DNA from: Marinifilum sp.
Lineage (GTDB): Bacteria; Bacteroidota; Bacteroidia; Bacteroidales; CG2-30-32-10
NCBI GenBank assembly: GCA_020718065.1
Contig: DYDE01000004.1
Coordinates: forward strand, 9,012-73,011
Direction of reading: 5' to 3'
Length of the DNA: 64,000 nt
The position numbers and the translations under genes were made by a program. Of the stretch, positions 29,669-38,322 are shown one piece after another (position 1 is the first letter of the stretch; every line of letters begins with the position of its first letter). The notes under the pieces are model-generated. The model searched no databases, was not told the DNA's origin, and saw only the letters and a list, made by a program, of their open reading frames with translations.

Positions 29669-30721
29669 TTCAACCAATTCATCCTTTCTTCGGCTCAAAT
29701 CTCTTTTTGTTTTCTTTGATGCATCACGAACTTTTTTACATATCAATGCATCTTTTTTGAAACGTCCTCCGGAAGAAAGTTCTTCTTCAACAGGATGGGT
29801 ATTTGTTAGCCCAGATGATTGGGCAAGATTAGAAAAAATCAAAACTATTTTTCCTCTAGGTTCCAAATGTGCAAGTGCCTGTTCAAAAAAACGAGGAAAA
29901 AGATTTGTATCGTAATAGATCGCCTTATCCAAACCGCTCAGGTTATAAGATGCGGGTAGCCATGGCGGATTAAATACAATAAGTTCAGACCTTATATCAA
30001 GAGTTCCAAACAAATCTCCATAATACAATCTCAATTTATCATTCAAATTCATTCGCTTTATTTCTTCATCAACACCAATAATTGCATTTTCATTGACGTC
30101 TGTTGCATAAACAGTTTTAAAACCGCTCTCTAATAGTTGAAAGGATAAAATACCACAACCTGTTCCGATATCAATTGCAGTGTTTTTTTGTCCATTATAG
30201 TTTTTAAGCCAGTTTGCAAAAAGTTCCAAATGCTCAAATCGGGTAGGGAAATAGGTGCCATAAAAAGGATGCAATCTCTGTTTGATTACTTTCATCATAA
30301 TTCCCTTTTCGTACCATTGCCACGAACTATTCAGTCCCTGAACATCAGGAAAAGATAAAAGAAACTCAGAAATATCGGGATACAATTGTTTTAACCAGCC
30401 AATTTGGGGAGCTTTTCTTATTGCAATTTTATTGTCTTTCAGAGGCAACAACAATCTTTGCGATATTTCGCAAAACATTGAACGAAAATCTCTTTGCCCT
30501 TTGAAATTTTCTTCGCTACTTTGTGCCTTAAGATAGTTTTTTAACTCAGCAAGAATCGCTAATCCTGTGCTATAAAAATCTTTAACTAAAACAATTTCAC
30601 CTTCAACAAGTGCTTCAACAATACTTTGCAGATCAGTTCTCCGGTTTACAACAATTAAATCAATATCTGAAGTAAAGGGATGAGGTCTTTTAGGTTTTAA
30701 TGCTTCTATGTTGCTGGTCAT
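29645..30721 (-). CDS. class I SAM-dependent methyltransferase with NPPW motif (HemK/PrmC-like N-methyltransferase fold) and an N-terminal extension
   Basis: SAM motif I AIDIGTGCGILS, acidic loop ATDVN, motif IV VFNPPWLP. The 3' end overlaps the convergent hydrolase gene by 24 nt. Confidence 0.7.
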   Translation of the reverse strand: MTSNIEALKPKRPHPFTSDIDLIVVNRRTDLQSIVEALVEGEIVLVKDFYSTGLAILAELKNYLKAQSSEENFKGQRDFRSMFCEISQRLLLPLKDNKIAIRKAPQIGWLKQLYPDISEFLLSFPDVQGLNSSWQWYEKGIMMKVIKQRLHPFYGTYFPTRFEHLELFANWLKNYNGQKNTAIDIGTGCGILSFQLLESGFKTVYATDVNENAIIGVDEEIKRMNLNDKLRLYYGDLFGTLDIRSELIVFNPPWLPASYNLSGLDKAIYYDTNLFPRFFEQALAHLEPRGKIVLIFSNLAQSSGLTNTHPVEEELSSGGRFKKDALICKKVRDASKKTKRDLSRRKDELVELWVLSAV

Positions 30722-30819
30722 TGTCCTTTATAATTATTTTATGGCAGACCAAAGGTATCTATTAATTTTTCTAAAATTAATAATTCATTTTCAAAGAAAA
30801 AGTAATTTATCGAAGACTT

Positions 30820-32379
30820 CTATAGAAGATTTGGCATTGTTTTGTCAGGCCTTATTCTGTTCTTTTCCATGAATTTTCTGATGTTTTTAATATCTGCAGA
30901 TTTTGTTGTATCTTCAGAAAAAGCAGGCACAATGTTTCGAAGCTTTTTATATACCTCTTTTGTATAATCTGACAATTTATCCTGACATTTGAGATAATCA
31001 ATAGCTTGAATAAGTGTTATAAGTTCAATAGCAATTACATCATAAGTATTGCTAACAACTCTTTTAGTTATCATAGCAGAATTGGTTCCCATACTAACTA
31101 TATCCTGATTATCATTGTTACAAGAAATACTATGAACATAGTTAGGAAATGAGAGTGTTTGGTTTTCAGCAACTGTTGATGTAGCTGTAAACTGCACTCC
31201 CTGCATTCCAAAGTTAAGACCCAATGTGCCTAAGTTCACAAAAGGAGGTAATAAATCGTTTAATCTGGGGTTAAGTAAATAATTTAATTGTCTTTCAGCA
31301 AGCATAGAAAGACGGGTAATTACTGTTTTTATTTTATCCATTTCCAATGAAACATAATCTCCATGGAAGTTTCCACCATGAAAAATATTTTCATTTTCAG
31401 GATCTATAATTGGGTTGTCGTTAACCGAGTTAAATTCAGCAATCAATACATTCTCAGCAAAGGTCAAAGTATCGTATATAGGTCCTAATATTTGTGGAAC
31501 ACAACGCAATGAATAATATTCCTGAACCTTATCAGCTAAAATACTTTCTTTAAAATCTTTTCCAAATAGATGCTCATGGCGTTTCCTTATTCTACTGCTG
31601 GTTGCCAGAACATTTCTCATAAAACCAGCAATAGCAACCTGTCCTTTATGTCTTTTTAAAATATTAAGTTCATGAGAATAATGATCGTCGAATGAACCCA
31701 CTATTTCATTAATCATACAAGATGCAACAACCGACCAATTCAAAAGATTGTATGCATTCATCAAATTGATTACTCCAATTCCAGTCATTACTGAAGTACC
31801 ATTCATTAAAGAAAGACCTTCCCTAATGTGAACTTCCGCAGCTTTGATGTTCTCGGTTTTATATACATCAGCAGTAGGTTTAATTTCTCCATTATACCAT
31901 ACCTCTCCTTCTCCAATTAATGTTAAAGCAAGATGAGCCAATTGCACCAAGTCTCCACTAGCACCAACACCACCATGTTCTGGAATAACAGCAGTAATAT
32001 TTTTGTTTATTAATAGTGCCAACAAATCAATAACTTCTGGATGAATACCAGAATGCGCTCTTAATTGGGTATTTAAGCGTGATAACATTGCTGCTTTGGC
32101 AAACTTATCTGGCAATGGGTCGCCACAACCAGAACAATGACTTCGGATGGCATTGTATTGTAATTGTTTTCTATTTTCTTTATCAATTTTATAAGGAGCC
32201 ATTGGACCTAAGCCTGTATTTATGCCATAAATAACCTTATCTTCACTAAAAGTAAGTAAAAAATTGTGGCAATTAGCAACCCTCGTCATACTTTCGTTGC
32301 TAATAGCAATTTCTTCTTTTTGAAAAAGAATAGAATAAATTTCTTCGAGTGTTAAATCTTGAGAACCCAGCGTAATCAT
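30820..32379 (-). CDS. MIO-dependent aromatic amino acid ammonia-lyase (HAL/PAL/TAL family)
   Basis: YGINTGLG, MIO-forming triad in GGVGASGDLVQLAHL, NGTSVMTG, and a QDIVSMG-type C-terminal motif. 519 aa. The substrate cannot be called by eye. Confidence 0.85.
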   Translation of the reverse strand: MITLGSQDLTLEEIYSILFQKEEIAISNESMTRVANCHNFLLTFSEDKVIYGINTGLGPMAPYKIDKENRKQLQYNAIRSHCSGCGDPLPDKFAKAAMLSRLNTQLRAHSGIHPEVIDLLALLINKNITAVIPEHGGVGASGDLVQLAHLALTLIGEGEVWYNGEIKPTADVYKTENIKAAEVHIREGLSLMNGTSVMTGIGVINLMNAYNLLNWSVVASCMINEIVGSFDDHYSHELNILKRHKGQVAIAGFMRNVLATSSRIRKRHEHLFGKDFKESILADKVQEYYSLRCVPQILGPIYDTLTFAENVLIAEFNSVNDNPIIDPENENIFHGGNFHGDYVSLEMDKIKTVITRLSMLAERQLNYLLNPRLNDLLPPFVNLGTLGLNFGMQGVQFTATSTVAENQTLSFPNYVHSISCNNDNQDIVSMGTNSAMITKRVVSNTYDVIAIELITLIQAIDYLKCQDKLSDYTKEVYKKLRNIVPAFSEDTTKSADIKNIRKFMEKNRIRPDKTMPNLL

Positions 32380-32481
32380 TATCTAATGTTTTAATATGGT
32401 TTGTAATAATAAGTGGCAAATTTCGTAAAAAAATACGAACTACTGAAAATTGTTTTGATAAAGGAAGTCTTTATTATTATT

Positions 32482-33396
32482 CTATGGGCAATTACTGTAA
32501 TATTCTTTGTTCTGTTTTATTTTTTTTATTCTTAAAGGATAAGTCAAATAAAAAACAAGTGTTCCAATAGGAGAGATTAAATAAATAACTGCAAAAAGGT
32601 AATACATAAATACTTTTAAACGGAAATTCCTTCTTTTATCACCATAGTTGCCCTTTTTTAAAACCCAATTTGCCCAAATGCCAAACAAGCGAGTACCGGT
32701 TTTTTCTATCATCATCAGGCTTGGGAACAATTCAATTGCATTGAGTTTGAGCAAATGGTTTTGTAAATCATCATAATTTCCAGTAAGCAATGAATTTAAA
32801 ATTGGCAACCCAAATCGTTCGGCATCTTTAATATCTTTATCAGAAACACCTGCTGGAGGTATTATCTTCAAATATCTTTCTTTCTTGTTCTTAAATAGCC
32901 ACCTTACAATTGATATAACACTCAACAAGTTCGGAGCTTTGTCTCTCAAAACAATATTGCCAATCAATCTGCCACCTGCCTCCGAAATGTACTTCCTGAC
33001 TTTTTCCTGCGCCATAACCCACATATTACGGCAACCAATAATGGTAATTATTGGTTTGTTTTTGAGTAATTCTTTAGCCTCATCGGATTGAAAAAAGGCG
33101 TGATAAGGAATAGATGGTGATAGATACCAAGTTTGATACGCTATAATTACAAGATCATAATTTTCTTCCTTATTAAACCGAAAAGGTTTTAGTTGACAAG
33201 GAATTGCTTTAACCGATTCAGGAAAAGTCTGAAAGAATTGTTCTGCGTTCCATGGAAAAGGAAAAGGAGGATCTGGTTCTAAAGTTTCGTAAACTATTTC
33301 AACAACCTTGCTATTTTGAAGTGGTGATACAATAGAATTAACGATGTTATTCAGTTGACCCGTTTGCGAATAGCTAACTACGAGGACTTTTTGCAT
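32482..33396 (-). CDS. flavodoxin-fold protein with C-terminal membrane anchor, DarA (dialkylresorcinol-condensing/aromatase)-like
   Basis: The N-terminus MQKVLVVSYSQTGQLNNIV is a flavodoxin-like beta1-loop. The C-terminal hydrophobic helix is FMYYLFAVIYLISPIGTLVFYL. The size and start resemble proteins annotated DarA; this is from memory and was not searched. Confidence 0.45.
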   Translation of the reverse strand: MQKVLVVSYSQTGQLNNIVNSIVSPLQNSKVVEIVYETLEPDPPFPFPWNAEQFFQTFPESVKAIPCQLKPFRFNKEENYDLVIIAYQTWYLSPSIPYHAFFQSDEAKELLKNKPIITIIGCRNMWVMAQEKVRKYISEAGGRLIGNIVLRDKAPNLLSVISIVRWLFKNKKERYLKIIPPAGVSDKDIKDAERFGLPILNSLLTGNYDDLQNHLLKLNAIELFPSLMMIEKTGTRLFGIWANWVLKKGNYGDKRRNFRLKVFMYYLFAVIYLISPIGTLVFYLTYPLRIKKIKQNKEYYSNCP

Positions 33397-33402
33397 AATC
33401 CA

Positions 33403-34674
33403 CTAGTTTTTTCTTTCAACGTTCTTGCCAAAAGATTTGTTTAAAAGATCTTTTCTATTTGAACGGTATGTTCCATCTGCCATTTCTTTTGAAACAACTC
33501 TTTGGAAGAGTTTAAACATTTTCTGGCTTTGGGTTTCTTCTTTATAAAATGTATCCCAGGCATATTGATATAATTCCTGTAGCTTTTCTGCGCTCATATG
33601 CTTTGGAGTAAACACAACCTTACCAGCATTATAGTGATTCCAGTCATGATCGAATATACGATTATCTTTAACCAGATCATCATAAGCTTTTGTGTTTGGG
33701 AAAGGAGTGAAAACAGTAAATTCGGCAAGGTCAAGATTTATTTCCAGTAAGAAATCGATCAGTCTTTTGATGTCATCTTCTGTTTGTTCATCCAATCCTA
33801 ATAAAATAGTGCCTTCTACAGAAATACCATAATCGTGGTAACGTTTTATTCTTTCTTTAATGTAATCAGAAGTGTCAAAAACAGCCTGATATACATACCA
33901 TGCTCCAGCTTGTGCTGCCAAGTTTAACACTTCTGGTTTATCTTCAATAGTATGACTGCACCATTTCTTTTTTAATGGAATCATTTCTTTAAATAAGTCT
34001 TTCTCCCATTGTGTATCTTGAGCCAATGAATTATCAACAATAAAAAGACGATTGTTGTCGATTGTTGCCAGCTCTTCAATAGCTTTATCAATTGGTCTGG
34101 GACGAAATTTTCTTCCACCAAGATACGATACAGCACAAGGATAACAATTAAACCTACAACCTCTTGAAGCATGAAACAGATCAACCATTTGCACACCTTT
34201 ATGGTAATAAAACTCACGTTTCAAAATACTTCTTCTTGCAGGACCAACCAGATTAATATCTGGATGATCATTAAGAAAATTATATACCTTTTGAAGTTTA
34301 TTGTTTTTAAAGTCATCAAAAACTTTATTCATTCTGCTTTCAGCTTCACCAAGAAATAAAGAATCTGCATGCAACATCGTTTCTTCGGCATGCAACATAG
34401 AAGAAATACCTCCAAAAATTACTTTTATTCCTCTTTTTCGATATTCATCAGCTATTTCCCAACCACGTTTTATTTGCGTTGTGAGCATCATCGAAATTCC
34501 AACAAAATCTGCAGAATCATCAATAATGAGCGGTTCAATATTTTCGTCAATAAAATCAACTTCAACATATTCGGGTAAAGTAGCAGCAAAAACAACAGGA
34601 CCGTGAGGCGGTAAATTAAAAGTGGTTTGTCCTTCAAGCTTGTCCCACTTAGGATATATCAGTCTGAACTTCAT
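33403..34674 (-). CDS. B12-binding-domain (class B) radical SAM protein
   Basis: N-terminal Rossmann-like cobalamin-binding region followed by the CxxxCxxC cluster motif SRGCRFNCYPCAV. 423 aa, with a 6-nt gap to the next gene. Confidence 0.8.
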   Translation of the reverse strand: MKFRLIYPKWDKLEGQTTFNLPPHGPVVFAATLPEYVEVDFIDENIEPLIIDDSADFVGISMMLTTQIKRGWEIADEYRKRGIKVIFGGISSMLHAEETMLHADSLFLGEAESRMNKVFDDFKNNKLQKVYNFLNDHPDINLVGPARRSILKREFYYHKGVQMVDLFHASRGCRFNCYPCAVSYLGGRKFRPRPIDKAIEELATIDNNRLFIVDNSLAQDTQWEKDLFKEMIPLKKKWCSHTIEDKPEVLNLAAQAGAWYVYQAVFDTSDYIKERIKRYHDYGISVEGTILLGLDEQTEDDIKRLIDFLLEINLDLAEFTVFTPFPNTKAYDDLVKDNRIFDHDWNHYNAGKVVFTPKHMSAEKLQELYQYAWDTFYKEETQSQKMFKLFQRVVSKEMADGTYRSNRKDLLNKSFGKNVERKN

Positions 34675-34700
34675 CTCTTATTAAAATATAAATTAGCCAT

Positions 34701-34708
34701 CAAAGGTA
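34701..34708 (-). promoter_or_regulatory. -7 box candidate TACCTTTG for the radical SAM operon
   Basis: The minus strand reads TACCTTTG, 26 nt upstream of the ATG at 34674. Confidence 0.35.
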
Positions 34709-34722
34709 AGTTAATTTTTTTA

Positions 34723-34850
34723 TTTACATTACTGGACTTCTAAAAATTGCTTTTTCTTCGTTGGACTTCAATTTTAATATCCTCATTTACTAATGTAAAC
34801 TCCGGTTTTAAAATTTTGTCCGCCTCAAAAAATCTAATTTTTAGAAGCCC
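34723..34850. repeat. nested inverted repeats in the rpsA / radical-SAM intergenic region
   Basis: GGACTTCTAAAAATT (34734-34748) pairs with AATTTTTAGAAGCCC (34836-34850, one mismatch). TTTACATTA (34723-34731) pairs with TAATGTAAA (34791-34799). An extra direct copy TTGGACTTCAATTTT lies at 34761-34775. Confidence 0.7.
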
Positions 34851-34888
34851 TCATTATAGAATAATACTACAATTGCTTTTTCAACAAG

Positions 34889-34916
34889 AAAAAAAAAATC
34901 CCGATTTCTCGGGATT
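34889..34916 (-). terminator. rho-independent terminator of rpsA
   Basis: The minus strand reads AATCCCGA-GAAA-TCGGGATT followed by T10, 14 nt after the rpsA stop. Confidence 0.8.
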
Positions 34917-34929
34917 TTCGTAATGAAGT

Positions 34930-36885
34930 TTATTCTTCCTTTTTATCATCTTCAACATTGTCGAAGAGATCTGGAGTTTCGGTAGCTTCAGCTTTTTTGG
35001 CTTTTTTCTTGGCAGTCTGTTTTTTTTCACTTTCGTCCATATCGGTTTTCAATGTAGCGAGAGCTTCTATATCACCAAGCGTGGTTTTCTCCATATTATC
35101 TTTAATCTTCTTCACAGCCTTTTTAGTAGTTTTCTCTTTGGCTTTTTGTTCTTCATTTTCTTTAGTTTTCTCAGCATTTATAACATCCTGGAAAATTTTT
35201 GAATGTGAAACAACTATTTTTTTAGCTTCTTTAGAGAATTCTAATACTTTAAAATCAAGTTTTTCTTCAACCTTAGCTTGAGAACCATCTTCTTTAACAA
35301 TATGACGAGTAGGAGCAAATCCTTCAACACCATAAGGTAATGCAACAGTTACACCTTTATCGTTGATATTAACGATGGTTCCCTGATGAATTGAATCAAG
35401 AGTGAAAACAGTTTCGAATACTTCCCAAGGATTTTCTTCTAATTGTTTATGTCCTAAACTTAATCTACGGTTTTCAATATCTACTTCCAACACTATTACT
35501 TCAATTTCTTCACCAATTTTAGTAAATTCTGCAGGATGTTTAATTTTTTTAGACCAAGATAAGTCAGAAATATGAATTAATCCATCAACACCTTCTTCTA
35601 ATTCAACAAAAATACCAAAGTTTGTAAAGTTTCTAACTACAGCTTTATGTTTCGAGCCAATAACGTAGTTTTCTGTAATTTTTGTCCAAGGATCAGGCAC
35701 TAATTGTTTAATACCTAGAGACATTTTTCTTTCTTCTCTATCAAGAGTTATAATTGTAGCTTCAACTTCATCACCTACTTTAAGGAAATCCTGAGCAGAA
35801 CGTAAATGTTGCGACCAAGACATTTCTGATACGTGAATTAAACCTTCAACTCCTGTAGTAATTTCAATGAAAGCACCATAATCAGCAATAACAACAACTT
35901 TTCCTTTAACTTTATCGCCAACTTTAATGTTAGTATCTAATGAATCCCATGGGTGAGGACTTAATTGTTTAAGACCTAAAGCAATTCTTTTCTTGTTATC
36001 ATCAAAATCAAGAATAACTACATTAATCTTTTCATCTAATTTAACAATTTCTTCAGGATGATTGATTCTTCCCCAAGATAAATCTGTAATGTGAATAAGA
36101 CCATCAACACCACCTAAGTCAATAAATACACCATAAGAGGTAATATTTTTAACAGTTCCTTCTAATATCTGACCTTTTTCTAGTTTAGAAATGATTTCTG
36201 CTTTTTGTTGTTCAAGTTCTGCTTCAATCAAAGCTTTATGAGAAACAACAACATTTTTATATTCGTGGTTTACTTTAACAACTTTAAATTCCATTGTTTT
36301 ACCAACATAAATATCGTAATCTCTGATAGGTTTGACATCTATTTGCGAACCTGGTAAGAATGCTTCTATACCAAACACATCTACGATTAAACCACCTTTT
36401 GTACGGCATTTAACAAAACCTGTAATAATTTCATTATTATCAAGCGATTGGTTAACACGCTCCCAAGAACGTAAAACGCGTGCTTTTTTGTGTGATAAAA
36501 TAAGTTGACCGCTCACATCTTCCTGGCTTTCAACATATACTTCTACTGTATCACCACCTTTTAAATCAGGGTTATATCTGAATTCGGACAGAGGAATAAT
36601 ACCATCTGATTTATAACCAATATTAACAACAACTTCGCGATTGTTTTTAGAAACAACTGTTCCATCAATTACTTGATGTTCAGCTATCGCATTAAGTGTA
36701 TTATTATACAATTCTTCAAATTTGCTTCTTTCGTCTTTTGAATAATTGTCGTGTTTTTTTCCAACGGCATTCCAATCAAATTCTTCCATAACGGTTGTTT
36801 TTGGTTGATTTTCTTCCTTAAGGGTTGCTGTTTCGATTGTTGTGTTTTCGCTTTCAGGTATAGCGTTTTCTTCGTTTTCTGTCAT
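34930..36885 (-). CDS. rpsA: 30S ribosomal protein S1
   Basis: Six S1 (OB-fold) repeats (..G.V....GA/GVFV.L..GVEGLIHISE/DLSW..) and a Lys/Glu-rich C-terminal tail. 651 aa. Confidence 0.95.
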   Translation of the reverse strand: MTENEENAIPESENTTIETATLKEENQPKTTVMEEFDWNAVGKKHDNYSKDERSKFEELYNNTLNAIAEHQVIDGTVVSKNNREVVVNIGYKSDGIIPLSEFRYNPDLKGGDTVEVYVESQEDVSGQLILSHKKARVLRSWERVNQSLDNNEIITGFVKCRTKGGLIVDVFGIEAFLPGSQIDVKPIRDYDIYVGKTMEFKVVKVNHEYKNVVVSHKALIEAELEQQKAEIISKLEKGQILEGTVKNITSYGVFIDLGGVDGLIHITDLSWGRINHPEEIVKLDEKINVVILDFDDNKKRIALGLKQLSPHPWDSLDTNIKVGDKVKGKVVVIADYGAFIEITTGVEGLIHVSEMSWSQHLRSAQDFLKVGDEVEATIITLDREERKMSLGIKQLVPDPWTKITENYVIGSKHKAVVRNFTNFGIFVELEEGVDGLIHISDLSWSKKIKHPAEFTKIGEEIEVIVLEVDIENRRLSLGHKQLEENPWEVFETVFTLDSIHQGTIVNINDKGVTVALPYGVEGFAPTRHIVKEDGSQAKVEEKLDFKVLEFSKEAKKIVVSHSKIFQDVINAEKTKENEEQKAKEKTTKKAVKKIKDNMEKTTLGDIEALATLKTDMDESEKKQTAKKKAKKAEATETPDLFDNVEDDKKEE

Positions 36886-36974
36886 AAAATTGACTTTTAA
36901 TTTTTATGATTGCAGCGCAATCTGGTTAATACTAAATTTAATTACACCAAAATTATGGTTAAATTTTGGGGTTG

Positions 36975-36982
36975 CAAATTTA
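36975..36982 (-). promoter_or_regulatory. -7 box candidate TAAATTTG for rpsA
   Basis: The minus strand reads TAAATTTG. It would give a ~85-nt leader containing two hairpins (36947-36969 and 36908-36922). Confidence 0.3.
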
Positions 36983-37096
36983 TTAAAATTATTTAAGAAT
37001 AGAAAATATATAAATATAATTTTCAGTTCTATATGTAAAAATACCTGTTGTTTTTATCATAAATACGAATTACTTGTCTATATAAGTTTCTTTAAT

Positions 37097-37104
37097 TAAC
37101 TTTG
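37097..37104 (+). promoter_or_regulatory. -7 box candidate TAACTTTG for the PorV-like/PorU-like operon
   Basis: Matches TAnnTTTG, 39 nt upstream of the ORF start at 37144. Confidence 0.3.
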
Positions 37105-37143
37105 AATATTTTAAATATTGAATAAATATAATTAAAAAATCTT

Positions 37144-38289
37144 TTGAGTAAATCAATATACCCAATATCATTCACAATCAATCTTTTTTTTAAAGCCAAA
37201 GCTTTATTATTATTACTTTTTTGTATATGTATATCCTTAAATTCCATAAATGCACAAACAAGAAAATACAGCAATGAATTTCTAGCAATAGGAGTTGGAG
37301 CAAGAGCATTGGCAATGTCAAACTCTACCGTTGCTATAACCGATGATGTTACTTCAGGTTATTGGAATCCGGCAGGACTGACAATGATTTCTTCCGATGT
37401 TCAGTTATCTCTTATGCATGCAGAATATTTTGCTGGTATTGCCAAATACGATTATGGTGCTTTTGCTTCAAAAATTGATAAAACCGGAGCTTTGGGCATT
37501 TCATTTATTCGTTTTGCGGTTGATGATATTCCTGATACTTCCGAGTTAATAGATGCAGAAGGCAACATTAATTGGGATAAAATTAAATCTTTTTCAGCCT
37601 CAGATTATGCTTTCATTTTTTCTTATGGTAGAAACTCAAAGATACAGGGACTTCGTTTTGGTGCAAATGCAAAAATAATTCGCAGAAAAGCAGGTGACTT
37701 TGCTTCGTCCTGGGGTTTTGGTATTGATGCTGCCGCTCAATATGATTACAATAAATGGAAGTTTGGTTTTATGGCTAGAGATATCACTACCACTTTCAAT
37801 GCCTGGACTTTTAATCTTACTGACGAAATGAAAGAGGTATTTACTATTACAGGAAATGAGATACCAAGTAATTCTCTAGAATTAACACTACCTAAATTTA
37901 TTTTAGGAGCTGGTAGAAAATTTACAATCTATAATAAGTTTAGTGTTTTCCCAGTTATAGATGCAGACATCAGTACCGATGGAAAAAGAAATGTCCTTAT
38001 TAAAGGAAAACCATTTAGCATTGATCCGCATCTAGGAGTAGAACTTAGCTATGCCAATATAGTTTTTCTGAGAGGTGGAATCGGAAATATTCAGAAAGAA
38101 ACAAATATTAATGATAAAAAGGTTACAACCGTTCAACCAAATATTGGCATTGGCGTAAATATTAAAAATTTAATATTTATTGATTATGCACTTACAGATA
38201 TAGGTAATAGTTCTATTGCTCTCTATTCAAATATCTTTTCATTAAAAGTAAATCTTGATAAGGTAAAAAAAGAAAACCCAATGAAATAA
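37144..38289 (+). CDS. PorV/PorQ-family outer-membrane beta-barrel protein (T9SS-associated)
   Basis: Signal peptide, then NEFLAIGVGARALAMSNSTVAITDDVTSGYWNPAGL, the FL.IG.GARA.AMG....A...D....YWNPAGL signature of the PorV/PorQ family. Beta-strand pattern throughout, ~380 aa. The TTG start is tracked and no in-frame ATG lies nearby. Confidence 0.7.
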   Translation: MSKSIYPISFTINLFFKAKALLLLLFCICISLNSINAQTRKYSNEFLAIGVGARALAMSNSTVAITDDVTSGYWNPAGLTMISSDVQLSLMHAEYFAGIAKYDYGAFASKIDKTGALGISFIRFAVDDIPDTSELIDAEGNINWDKIKSFSASDYAFIFSYGRNSKIQGLRFGANAKIIRRKAGDFASSWGFGIDAAAQYDYNKWKFGFMARDITTTFNAWTFNLTDEMKEVFTITGNEIPSNSLELTLPKFILGAGRKFTIYNKFSVFPVIDADISTDGKRNVLIKGKPFSIDPHLGVELSYANIVFLRGGIGNIQKETNINDKKVTTVQPNIGIGVNIKNLIFIDYALTDIGNSSIALYSNIFSLKVNLDKVKKENPMK

Positions 38290-38322
38290 TTTACTATAAT
38301 ACATTAAAATAAAAAAGTTCCG

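Noticed and set aside
2892-36885. Numerous tracked ORFs antisense to or out of frame within long genes
   Set aside because: Examples are 705..887, 3427..3618, 4094..4444, 5748..6135, 7348..7554, 9878..10123, 12771..13040, 13314..13559, 15791..16012, 16322..16516, 18583..18783, 19874..20270, 22125..22313, 23317..23574, 24622..25020, 25741..26007, 26488..26823, 28107..28660, 29137..29430, 32885..33091, 33981..34606 and 34958..35281. Each lies inside a gene with strong family motifs on the other strand or frame. Their translations are low-complexity or hydrophobic with no motifs, which is typical of shadow ORFs.
36842-37274. ORFs 36842..37099 (+) and 37092..37274 (-) in the rpsA / PorV-like intergenic region
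   Set aside because: They span divergent promoter DNA and overlap the starts of the flanking genes, and their AT-rich translations have no motifs.
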